Source of the DNA: Crocinitomicaceae bacterium
GTDB lineage: Bacteria; Bacteroidota; Bacteroidia; Flavobacteriales_D; Crocinitomicaceae
Assembly: GCA_044348645.1 (NCBI GenBank)
Contig: JBIKSL010000011.1
Span: 1,297 to 65,296, forward strand
Length of the DNA: 64,000 bases
Reading direction: 5' to 3'
Numbering within the stretch: position 1 is the first letter of the stretch; each line of letters opens with the position of its first letter. Below are positions 36,408 through 45,555 of the stretch, one piece after another. The notes beneath the pieces are model-generated. The model made no database searches. It was not told the origin of the DNA and worked only from the letters and a program-made list of their open reading frames with translations. The position numbers and the translations under genes are program-made.

Positions 36408-37217
36408 ATGCATAAACTTAAAAATATAGTTATTGTTACGTTACATTTTCTTTGTTTATTTACTATCTTTTTTTCAGCTATTTTGTGGAATAATGAAAAT
36501 GTTATGTTTAAAAATATTAACCGTGCATGCTGGTCTACTACCTATCACAAAGGAGACACGGCATTTATTAGCAGTTCAACCAGACATATTTTTGACATGA
36601 TGAATGCTCGTAGAGCTCAATTCCACGATAAATACAAAATGAGTATCGAACAAAAACTGTTTCGATCGGTAAATGTAGATCTCATGTACGGAGGAGGTGC
36701 TTGTGGGGGATACTCGAAAGTTCTTGCTAGACATTTGCAATTAAACGGTTTTAAAGTTCGGATAGCACAATTAAAAGTGCCAGTTGTTGGATACGGCGGA
36801 CACAATGTAGTGGAATATTTTTCAAAAACTTTAAACAAATGGATTTTGATTGATCCTTTATTTAATATGTTTATCAGTTTACCAAATAACTCTCCGGCTG
36901 GCGTCAAGGAAATAGTGAAAAATTGGAGTTACTGCTCTAAGCAAATGCCAAATGATTATTCCCGAAAATATAAATTCTTAGGAGTGAGGTATACAAATTG
37001 GGAGAAAATGGGATTTATTGGCAAGTTTGCCTACAACACCATTTCCTACTTTCTCGGCAAAGATTATACTGAATCAATTGCATTGCGACCTTACTTTTTG
37101 AGCATGTATAAATTTGTGACTTTGTTCTTGATATATTTGTATGGCGCTTTTCTACTGTTCAAATTCGTTATTCCAAGATTTGATATAAGAAATAAAATTT
37201 TTTCATTAATTAAATAA
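36408..37217 (+). CDS. Membrane-anchored transglutaminase-like (Cys-His-Asp papain-fold) protein
   Basis: The product is about 269 aa from the ATG at 36408, with N- and C-terminal TM helices. The core YGGGACGGYSKVLARHLQLNGFKVRIA ... GGHNVVEYF ... WILIDPLF matches the Cys / His / Asp arrangement of the transglutaminase core fold. Confidence 0.55.
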   Translation: MHKLKNIVIVTLHFLCLFTIFFSAILWNNENVMFKNINRACWSTTYHKGDTAFISSSTRHIFDMMNARRAQFHDKYKMSIEQKLFRSVNVDLMYGGGACGGYSKVLARHLQLNGFKVRIAQLKVPVVGYGGHNVVEYFSKTLNKWILIDPLFNMFISLPNNSPAGVKEIVKNWSYCSKQMPNDYSRKYKFLGVRYTNWEKMGFIGKFAYNTISYFLGKDYTESIALRPYFLSMYKFVTLFLIYLYGAFLLFKFVIPRFDIRNKIFSLIK

Positions 37218-37265
37218 CAAATTGATTTTAATCATTTTTTGTTTAATTTGACCTCACCATCGTTA

Positions 37266-38528
37266 ATGAAAAGACAGATAGCTAAATTAAAGCAATCTGA
37301 GTTTGCTCTTAATTCTTTTAAGATTTTATCAGGTACAACAATAGCTCAGTTGTTTTCTGTCGTCATGGCACCAATTTTATATCGCATTTATGACAAGGAG
37401 GACTACGGGGTTTTGGGACTATTCATGGCAATACTAGGAGTTGTTGGGGTATTTTCTACACTTCAATACAATCAATTAATATTATTAGTCAAAACAGATG
37501 AGGAAGCAAATCAGGCCGAGAAATTAAACAGGATCATTAACTTAATTTTTTCACTAACAACGATACCACTAATAATTGTTTTTGGCAACAAATTAGCAGA
37601 ATATTTCAATTCTCCGGATTTGAATACCTGGCTTTTTCTTTTGCCTATTCAGATATTCTTTTCAGGACAAAGTGAAATTTTTAGGGTTAAGGCAAACCGA
37701 ATGAAAAAATATTCGACCTTGTCAATGAATACAATCTTAAGTGCATTCATTACTCCTTTGGTCTCTCTTGTGCTAGGTTTTTCAATTGAAGGACCATTTG
37801 GTTTGTTCCTAGGATTAATTTTAGGGCAATTAATTTCAACAATATATCTACAATTCAAAGTAAAATCAGTTAAAATTTTAAAAATTTCGCTCAGCGAATT
37901 TCGTGAAATGATTAAAATTGCCAAACGTCATTATAAATTTCCATTATACAGTTTACCCTCGGAATTAATAAATCGTGCCGGAAGACAACTTCCTGTTTTT
38001 TTAATCGGATATTTATCAGGTGAGTCAGCGGTAGGTGTCTATAATTTATGCTCTAGAATGTTGTCATTGCCAGTTACCCTTATTTCTGGTGCAGTATCAG
38101 AAGTTTTTAAAAAACGGGTGATTGATGAATATCATGCAATTGGCAACTGTAAGAAGATTTTTAAGAACACAGCTAAAATGTTATTATTAATAGGTGTTTT
38201 TCCTACGATTTTACTCCTAATTTTTGGACCTGAATTATTTAGTTATGTTTTTGGAAATAAATGGCTTGAAGCGGGAATTTATGCTCAAATACTTTCACCT
38301 ATGTATCTCCTGCAACTAATAGTTAGTCCTCTAACCTACTTCTACTATTTAAAGGAAAAATTAGGTGAAGATCTTATTCTTCATATTTGTTACATTGGCT
38401 CACTTTTTTTACTTTTTTGTATACCCCCTTCATATCTTTCACTAATTGGAACATTAATTATATTTACTATAATTAATTGCATTCTATATGGAATATACTT
38501 TTTACGTTCATTTCAATTAGCAAGGTGA
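37266..38528 (+). CDS. wzx: Oligosaccharide flippase (Wzx-like, MOP superfamily)
   Basis: The product is about 420 aa with roughly 12 predicted TM helices. The N-terminus KILSGTTIAQLFSVVMAPILYRIY is typical of polysaccharide biosynthesis flippases. I placed the start at the ATG at 37266; the track TTG is at 37239. Confidence 0.75.
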   Translation: MKRQIAKLKQSEFALNSFKILSGTTIAQLFSVVMAPILYRIYDKEDYGVLGLFMAILGVVGVFSTLQYNQLILLVKTDEEANQAEKLNRIINLIFSLTTIPLIIVFGNKLAEYFNSPDLNTWLFLLPIQIFFSGQSEIFRVKANRMKKYSTLSMNTILSAFITPLVSLVLGFSIEGPFGLFLGLILGQLISTIYLQFKVKSVKILKISLSEFREMIKIAKRHYKFPLYSLPSELINRAGRQLPVFLIGYLSGESAVGVYNLCSRMLSLPVTLISGAVSEVFKKRVIDEYHAIGNCKKIFKNTAKMLLLIGVFPTILLLIFGPELFSYVFGNKWLEAGIYAQILSPMYLLQLIVSPLTYFYYLKEKLGEDLILHICYIGSLFLLFCIPPSYLSLIGTLIIFTIINCILYGIYFLRSFQLAR

Positions 38529-39187
38529 ATCCAAACAAACCTAGTAAGCTTATTAAACTAATCTTTATATTAATACCAAAAATTTTGCTTTTTAGGTATT
38601 ATCATAAGTTATCCTTATTTAGCTTTATTGAAGAAACAAGAAATACTCAAACCCCAATAACTATTCAAAATTGGTATAACCAGAAAGTACTAGGAAAGAA
38701 TGCTGCACCCTACTGGCCTTGTCATGAAACAAGCACAATAGCTGGCTGGCAAAATATTTATTGCGGAGTTGAAACTTGCCCAGGATACAGTCCGGGAAAT
38801 TACATTTCAGCATTTCATGGCAAAATATTTATTGGCGATTATTCTCAAATTGGACCTAATGTTGGAATAATCTCCGCCAATCATGACGTTTATGACAATT
38901 CAAAGCATATTTCTAATGAAGTGCGTATTGGTGAGTATTGTTGGATTGGAATGGGATCTATTGTTCTTCCTGGTGTTATTTTAGGAGACTTCACTATTGT
39001 TGCAGCTGGATCTGTTGTAACTAAATCTTTCGAATCAGGTTATTGTATTATAGCAGGTAATCCAGCCAAAAAAATTAAAGACTTGGAACAAACAAATTGT
39101 ATTCGAAAAAGAAGTAAGTTTGAATATAATGGTTATATTCCAAGTTCAAGATTTCCTGAATTCAGAAAAAAAAACCTCAAGATATAG
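38525..39187 (+). CDS. Hexapeptide-repeat (LbH) sugar O-acetyltransferase
   Basis: The left-handed beta-helix repeats read IGDYSQIGPNVGIISANHD...IGEYCWIGMGSIVLPGVILGDFTIVAAGSVV. I chose the GTG start at 38525 because it forms a GTGA overlap with the wzx stop. The track TTG is at 38477. Confidence 0.8.
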   Translation: MNPNKPSKLIKLIFILIPKILLFRYYHKLSLFSFIEETRNTQTPITIQNWYNQKVLGKNAAPYWPCHETSTIAGWQNIYCGVETCPGYSPGNYISAFHGKIFIGDYSQIGPNVGIISANHDVYDNSKHISNEVRIGEYCWIGMGSIVLPGVILGDFTIVAAGSVVTKSFESGYCIIAGNPAKKIKDLEQTNCIRKRSKFEYNGYIPSSRFPEFRKKNLKI

Positions 39188-39349
39188 ATTCGAAGTATTT
39201 TAACTTCAATAATAAATCATTTTATCGATTTCTGATTTTATTTAATAAAAAATATCCAATTCATTTAATTTTTTTAAAATACAAATTAAAATTCTTTTAT
39301 CCTTAAAGAAATGATGTGTCTTGTTATGCTTGCAATCAATATGTAAATA

Positions 39350-40537
39350 ATGAAAATATATAACGAAGAAGAATTAAAAAAAGACCCAATAGCAAATTTT
39401 GAAAGGCCTTATCAACAATGTTCAATAAGTGTAATGGATACAATCGCTGATCCTGATATTACATTTGATGAAAATGGGATTTGTAATTATTATTATGAAT
39501 ATTTAGAGGCTGAGAAGAAAAATTGTTTATACGGTGAGGAAGGTTTGAAAAAGCAAATAGAGATTGCGATGACCATAAAAAATAATCCAGGAAAAAACGG
39601 TTACGATTGCATTCTTGGATTGAGTGGAGGAGCCGATAGTACTTATTTAGCCTATCTAGCAAAAAAATTGGGTTTGAATCCGTTGCTAGTTCATTTTGAT
39701 TATGGCTGGAATACGGAGATTGCGGTTCAAAATGTAAAAAGTACTGTTAATTATACAGGTTTTGATTTACATACTTTCGTAATGGATTGGGAAGAATTCA
39801 AAAATTTACAAAGATCTTATTTCAAAGCAAGCGTTCTCGATTTAGATGTTCCTGCTGATCACATGATTTTTGGTTCGTTATATAACATAGCCTCAAAATA
39901 TAAAATAAAATATATATTAAGTGGGAATAATATTTGGACAGAACACACACTTCCAAAATCATGGAATTATAATAAGTTTGATTTGATTAACCTCAAAAAT
40001 ATTCACAAGAAATTCGAAAATACCCCTTTAAATAACTTACCTGCCCTTGGGTATTATAATCAGATTTATTACAATATTTTCAAAAAAATTAATTACATAA
40101 ATTTTATTGATTATGAATATTTTAATCGGGAATCAATATTGAAATTTATCGAGTCCGAAATGGGATGGATTAATTATGGGGCAAAACATCAAGAATCAGT
40201 TTTTACGAGATTTTATCAGGGTTATATTTTACCAACCAAATTCCATATAGACAAACGTAAAGCTCATTTATCAAATTTGATTTTCTCGAAACAGCTCTCC
40301 AAACAAGAGGCTCTCCAAGAATTGAGACATCTACCATATCCATTTGATAAACAAAGGAATGACTTCGAATTTGTAGCAAAAAAATTAGGATTTACTTTTG
40401 ATGAGTTTGATGCGATATTGAATCAGAAAAATGTACCTCACGATTATTATGGCACAGACAGGAATCAGGTTTTGCGTTTTCAAAAATTTTTGGCTTTCAT
40501 TAGACCAGTGACAGCAATTTATAAAAGGTTTAATTGA
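39350..40537 (+). CDS. N-acetyl sugar amidotransferase (WbuX/WbpG family, PP-loop ATPase)
   Basis: The 395-aa product has the N-terminal CSISVMDT...ITFDENGICNYY region. It carries the PP-loop ILGLSGGADSTYLA. The family-typical LVHFDYGWNTE and FTRFYQGYILP blocks are present. Confidence 0.8.
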   Translation: MKIYNEEELKKDPIANFERPYQQCSISVMDTIADPDITFDENGICNYYYEYLEAEKKNCLYGEEGLKKQIEIAMTIKNNPGKNGYDCILGLSGGADSTYLAYLAKKLGLNPLLVHFDYGWNTEIAVQNVKSTVNYTGFDLHTFVMDWEEFKNLQRSYFKASVLDLDVPADHMIFGSLYNIASKYKIKYILSGNNIWTEHTLPKSWNYNKFDLINLKNIHKKFENTPLNNLPALGYYNQIYYNIFKKINYINFIDYEYFNRESILKFIESEMGWINYGAKHQESVFTRFYQGYILPTKFHIDKRKAHLSNLIFSKQLSKQEALQELRHLPYPFDKQRNDFEFVAKKLGFTFDEFDAILNQKNVPHDYYGTDRNQVLRFQKFLAFIRPVTAIYKRFN

Positions 40538-40680
40538 CGAAACCCTATCATCTTTTCAATGTCAATTATATTTCAAAATAATATTATCAATAACGATAAT
40601 ATTAAATTTTTCATGATATTTTATTGGTAAATTTTTGGATTGAATATGACGTTAATGCTTTTCCAAAATGAAATGAAAAA

Positions 40681-42012
40681 TTGAAAAAAGCAATTTTATT
40701 CGTAGCCCTGGAGTTTCCTCCATTAAATAACACTGGAACTTATCGCAGTTTAAAATTTGTCAAGTATTTACCAGAATTTGGAATCAAACCCATTGTTATA
40801 ACTTTAGACGAACAGGATAGTTTTGATACATTCGGGGTAAACTCAGATCAAAAATTAATTGACGAAATTAAAGATATTGAAATTCATCGACTTTCGATCA
40901 AAAAACTTAAGCTAAATAATAAGATTTTCAGATTTTTTCGAATTTTCTTTTCACTTCATGATAAAATCGCTAACAGGACATTGACTAATTTTAAGAAAAA
41001 AATTGATGAAATATTTTCGAGTAATCAAATTCAAGCTGTGATAATAACATTTCCACCATTTAGTTGTGAGCGATTCGTTACTTTGATAAAAAAAAATTAC
41101 GAAGTAAAAGTAATTGTTGACTTTAGAGATGCTTGGTCAGCGTGGGGAAACCATTTTTTTCCTTCTTATTTTCATTACAAGAAGATTCGGAAAATGGAAG
41201 GTGAAGTATTCTTGAAAGCTGACACTATCATAACAGTTACAAATGAATTAAAGGATAAATTTATTGCTATTCACGGAGAGAATATTAGAAATAAAATTAA
41301 GGTAATTCCAAATGGATTTGATTTCAATTTAAAAAATGAAAATATTTGTAATAATCGTATAGTTTGCCAAAACACGATTAGAATTGGATATATTGGATCT
41401 TTTTATTTTGACCCCAAAATGGAATCTGAAATGAATAAACCTTGGTATGAAAAAAGGTTTTACCGATTGCTTCAATTTAGTTTGAATGAAGAAGACTGGA
41501 AGTATAGGAGTCCTTTTTTTTTTCTAAAAACTTTGGCGTGTTATATTCAAAACTACCCTAAAAATAAATCAAAAATAGTTTTTGAGCATATTGGTAAATT
41601 ACCTGAATGGCTGCCTAAAATGATTAATGAATTCGGTCTTCAAGATAATTTCGTTTCTCATGGTTTTAAAACGCAATCCGATGTGAGAGAAATCGCAATT
41701 AATTTTGATTACCTGCTTGCTACATCTGAAAAAAATCTCATTGGGCCCCACTATTGCTTACCATCTAAGATTTTTGATTACTTGGAATTAAAAAAACCGA
41801 TTTTGGCATTCGTAACTCCAGGAGCTCAATTAGAATTTCTTGAAAATTCAGGTCTTGCACTTATTTTCAACCCTGACAATATTGAAGAGAATTCAAAAAA
41901 ATTGAATGAAGTATTAACATCTCAATTCGTTTTTGAAACGAATAAATTTTATTTAGACAACTACAATAGACGCAATTTAACTAGAAGGTTATCCGAATTA
42001 ATTAGTTGTTAA
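40681..42012 (+). CDS. Glycosyltransferase (GT-B fold, GT4-like)
   Basis: The 443-aa product starts MKKAILFVALEFPPLNNTGTYRSLKFVKYL. The C-terminal motif is LPSKIFDYLELKKPILAF. Only a TTG start is available near the conserved N-terminus. Confidence 0.7.
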   Translation: MKKAILFVALEFPPLNNTGTYRSLKFVKYLPEFGIKPIVITLDEQDSFDTFGVNSDQKLIDEIKDIEIHRLSIKKLKLNNKIFRFFRIFFSLHDKIANRTLTNFKKKIDEIFSSNQIQAVIITFPPFSCERFVTLIKKNYEVKVIVDFRDAWSAWGNHFFPSYFHYKKIRKMEGEVFLKADTIITVTNELKDKFIAIHGENIRNKIKVIPNGFDFNLKNENICNNRIVCQNTIRIGYIGSFYFDPKMESEMNKPWYEKRFYRLLQFSLNEEDWKYRSPFFFLKTLACYIQNYPKNKSKIVFEHIGKLPEWLPKMINEFGLQDNFVSHGFKTQSDVREIAINFDYLLATSEKNLIGPHYCLPSKIFDYLELKKPILAFVTPGAQLEFLENSGLALIFNPDNIEENSKKLNEVLTSQFVFETNKFYLDNYNRRNLTRRLSELISC

Positions 42013-42087
42013 TTTGGACGACTTCTGATAAAAGCATTATTTTTGGCAGAAATCAAAATTTATGCGATTGTTTAGAATTCTTTAAGT

Positions 42088-43221
42088 TTGAAAAATTCAT
42101 TAAAAAGTAAAAATATTTTTTGCTCAGTAAATACATTTCAAACGTTACCGCCATTTTATCAACTAATTAATTGTTCGTTTTTAGATGAGTCAGAAGATGT
42201 TTTGTTAATTCACAATTCAATTAATGGATTTGAAAAACAAACATCAAAGCATTATTTAAGAGAAATTTCAATTTTGCATTTTCAGAATTTATTACAATTT
42301 CAGAATCAGAACTTCATTTTAAAGGTTTGGAAGTATTTAAGACTTATTAAATTTCTTATAATTCATATTTTACTAAAAAACAAAAATGCTCGAATTTTTA
42401 CTTTTGATATTTTTACGACAGTTGTTGCCGTTCTTCTAAAAAAAAATAATAAAATTATCTATTTACAATATGAAATGATTGAGGAAAGCCAATTAAATCG
42501 ATTTGATAAATTGCTATTTAAACGAATGATTAGGTTAAAGGATAAAATTGACTTAATCATAACACCTGAAGAAAATAGAACAAACTATTTGATGGCGCAA
42601 TTAAGAAGTACCCGAAAAGAAAAATTTTTCACTTTCCCTAATTCAAATAACAATGAAATTGATTTAATAATTGACAAAGATTCCAATAATACTAAACCCA
42701 TTGTAGTTACACATATCGGGGCAGTAGGTTTAGATCACAACATAAAAGTATTTATGAATGCTGTAAAAAAATGTGATCCTGAGAAATATGAATTTCGATT
42801 TATTGGTTTGTTACATGAGGATGTTGAAAAACTTATCATATCCTACAATTTGAAGAATGTTAAAATTATTGGTCAGATTCCTCATGATAATTTAAAGTTA
42901 CATTATTTAGAAACGGACATAGGTGTGATATTATACAAAGATAATGGATTGAATTATCGATTCTGTGCTCCAAATAAACTCTACGAGTATTGGTCATACG
43001 GCATACAAGTGATTGGAGACGATTTACCTGGGTTAAAATCCGTATTCAACAATGAATGTCTAGGTTGTTTGGTAAATATGTCAGATTCAAATTCAATTTA
43101 TACTGCTATATTGAAACTAGCAGAGAAAAAGAACAAGTTAGAAGTAAAGGAATATTTTAATCGAAATTACAAGTTGAGCGTTTTTGAAAGTTCTTTAAAA
43201 ACCAGACTTCAATCATTATAA
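42088..43221 (+). CDS. Putative glycosyltransferase (GT-B fold)
   Basis: The 377-aa product has a C-terminal half resembling the GT1/GT4 nucleotide-sugar binding domain (VTHIGAVG...APNKLYEYWSYGIQVIG). It has a TTG start. Confidence 0.5.
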   Translation: MKNSLKSKNIFCSVNTFQTLPPFYQLINCSFLDESEDVLLIHNSINGFEKQTSKHYLREISILHFQNLLQFQNQNFILKVWKYLRLIKFLIIHILLKNKNARIFTFDIFTTVVAVLLKKNNKIIYLQYEMIEESQLNRFDKLLFKRMIRLKDKIDLIITPEENRTNYLMAQLRSTRKEKFFTFPNSNNNEIDLIIDKDSNNTKPIVVTHIGAVGLDHNIKVFMNAVKKCDPEKYEFRFIGLLHEDVEKLIISYNLKNVKIIGQIPHDNLKLHYLETDIGVILYKDNGLNYRFCAPNKLYEYWSYGIQVIGDDLPGLKSVFNNECLGCLVNMSDSNSIYTAILKLAEKKNKLEVKEYFNRNYKLSVFESSLKTRLQSL

Positions 43222-43222
43222 A

Positions 43223-44335
43223 ATGAAAATTTCATTCGTTATTGGAACTCGACCTGAACTAATTAAATTAGCACCAATAATTTGGGAATCTCAAAAAAAA
43301 GACTTTAAAATTGACATTGTTAATTCGGCTCAACATACGGATTTATTGGATCCATTTTGGGCTACTTTTAATCTAAATCCTACCCATGTTTTAGATGTAA
43401 TGATTCCAAGTCAGAGTTTATCCTCCTTAACAGCTAGAGTAGTAAGTCAGTTTCAGAATTATATAGATTCCTGTCGAGAACTACCAGATATTATAATTGC
43501 TCAAGGCGACACTACTACCGTTATGGCAGTTTCAATTGTTGCATTTTATAATAAAATTAAATTTGCACATGTAGAAGCTGGTCTGAGAAGTTTTGATTTT
43601 GAGAATCCATTCCCAGAAGAATATAATCGAAAAATAGCTTCTATTTGTGCACAATTTCATTTTTGTCCCACTGCTATTTCAGCTCAAAATCTTTTGAATG
43701 AGGGAATACCAAAAAATAAAATATTTGTAGTAGGAAATACGGTGGTTGATTCATTACTTATCTTAAGTAGATCAAGTTTATTCAAAAATAGAAAGTGGAA
43801 TAATTCAATTTTAAATAAGATTAACGAATTTAAAAAAACTGTTTTAGTTACAAGTCACCGAAGAGAGAATCATGGGGATAATTTGAACAATATAATTGAA
43901 GCTATTCACGAATTAGCTTCTCAAAATGATGAAACTATATTTATTTGGCCCTTGCACCCTAATCCAAACGTAAGGACTAAATTACTCGACTCTCCTCTAA
44001 ATACCCTTAACAATATTATTCTCACTGAGCCATTAGAGTATCTTGATATTCTTAAGTTGCTAGAAATTTGTTTCTGCACAATTACGGATTCAGGTGGAAT
44101 TCAAGAAGAAGCACCTTCTTTTTTAACTCCCGTTTTGATTTTGAGAGACGTAACTGAGCGTCCAGAGGGCGTTAATGAAGGGATTTCATTTATTGTTGGA
44201 GCTGATAAACAGAGAATAATTGAAAAATACAACCAACTTAAAGTGGATTATCCAATATTTAAAGAAAACCCTTACGGAGATGGGAATTCAAGCTTTAAGA
44301 TTACGGAAATTTTGAGTCAATATTCCAATAGGTAA
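43223..44335 (+). CDS. wecB: UDP-N-acetylglucosamine 2-epimerase (non-hydrolysing)
   Basis: The 370-aa product carries VIGTRPELIKLAPI, QGDTTT, HVEAGLRS, TSHRREN and DSGGIQEEAP motifs. Confidence 0.92.
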   Translation: MKISFVIGTRPELIKLAPIIWESQKKDFKIDIVNSAQHTDLLDPFWATFNLNPTHVLDVMIPSQSLSSLTARVVSQFQNYIDSCRELPDIIIAQGDTTTVMAVSIVAFYNKIKFAHVEAGLRSFDFENPFPEEYNRKIASICAQFHFCPTAISAQNLLNEGIPKNKIFVVGNTVVDSLLILSRSSLFKNRKWNNSILNKINEFKKTVLVTSHRRENHGDNLNNIIEAIHELASQNDETIFIWPLHPNPNVRTKLLDSPLNTLNNIILTEPLEYLDILKLLEICFCTITDSGGIQEEAPSFLTPVLILRDVTERPEGVNEGISFIVGADKQRIIEKYNQLKVDYPIFKENPYGDGNSSFKITEILSQYSNR

Positions 44336-44345
44336 AATAGATACT

Positions 44346-45371
44346 TTGGGAATTAAAAATTTATTATTTATTGGCCCATGTGAATATGGTTCAACATCAA
44401 GAATGCGTTACAATATTTTCAGTGAAATATTGAATGTTGAAATTGAATTAATTGATACAAGCGATGTTATAAGTTCGACAAATCGAATTTTAAGATCAAT
44501 AGGATGGAGATATAAAGTTGGACCGCTGATTTCTGGAATTAACAAGTTAATTAATAATGTAATTAATAGTAATCAAAAAAATTATGATGTTATTTGGATA
44601 GAAAAAGGAGTTTTTATTAAACCTGATACCATTAGATCTTTAAAAAAAAAAACGTTTAGGTTGATACATTACACTCCAGATCCTGCCTTCTATTATCATC
44701 AATCTAGATTTTTCAATCGCGCTTTAAGTTTATATGACTTCACAATAACAACCAAATCTTTTGAAATAGACCTTTACAAACAAAAGACCGAAAAACGAGT
44801 TATTTTCTGCACTCAAGGTTATGATGTAAAAGTGCATAAACCACATTACTCATTTGATGAAAAAAAATACGATGTTTGTTTTATTGGTCATCATGAAATT
44901 CAAAGAGAAAAAATCATTAATTCCATTTTAAATCTTGGTATTAGTGTTGCTATAGCTGGAATTAAATGGGAGAAATTTGCTAGGAATCACGAAGGCAATG
45001 TTAAATTGCATTATTTCGGTAGCAATGTTGCCGGAGAAGAATATGCAAAATTAATCAGCGCGTCCAAAATGGGATTAGGGCTACTATCAAAATGGATTCC
45101 CGAAAAACACACAACAAGAACATTTGAAATTCCCGCATGCGGTACGGCTTTACTTACAGAGCGAAACCCTGAAATTGATTTATTTTTTAATGAATCAGAA
45201 GTGATTTTTTTTGAAAATGAAAAAGATATTCCTGAATTAATTTTAAAATATCTTGAAGATGATGAAAATCTTAAGACTATAACTTTAAATGGTTACCAAA
45301 AAGTTCTCAATGGAGATTTCACCTACAAACAAATTTTAACAAATGCTTTAAAACAAATAATTTCTAATTAA
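44346..45371 (+). CDS. CgeB-like glycosyltransferase family protein (Glyco_trans_1_2 type)
   Basis: The 341-aa product has a C-terminal block TTRTFEIPACGTALLTERNPEIDLFF characteristic of the CgeB/DUF3880-type family. It has a TTG start. It contains an A11 tract at 44642..44652. Confidence 0.6.
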   Translation: MGIKNLLFIGPCEYGSTSRMRYNIFSEILNVEIELIDTSDVISSTNRILRSIGWRYKVGPLISGINKLINNVINSNQKNYDVIWIEKGVFIKPDTIRSLKKKTFRLIHYTPDPAFYYHQSRFFNRALSLYDFTITTKSFEIDLYKQKTEKRVIFCTQGYDVKVHKPHYSFDEKKYDVCFIGHHEIQREKIINSILNLGISVAIAGIKWEKFARNHEGNVKLHYFGSNVAGEEYAKLISASKMGLGLLSKWIPEKHTTRTFEIPACGTALLTERNPEIDLFFNESEVIFFENEKDIPELILKYLEDDENLKTITLNGYQKVLNGDFTYKQILTNALKQIISN

Positions 45372-45555
45372 TTTTTAATCTGTTAACTTATTATTAAATC
45401 GTGCCTTTAATTTTCTCAATTAATAATAAAATAACTAATATTAATTCTTTTTAAGATAAAAAATTCTCTTTAAAGTTTTCGACACAATACAATCAACGCA
45501 TATTTTTTTAATTATTTCAATTTTTATTGTTTTTTTTATTGGGACAAAATTATTT

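Noticed and set aside
45460-45555. An open, hydrophobic in-frame extension (…HIFLIISIFIVFFIGTKLFL) lies upstream of the wzy TTG start.
   Set aside because: It contains no ATG, GTG or TTG. The T-rich spacer would translate to Phe/Ile/Leu by chance. This is insufficient to move the start.
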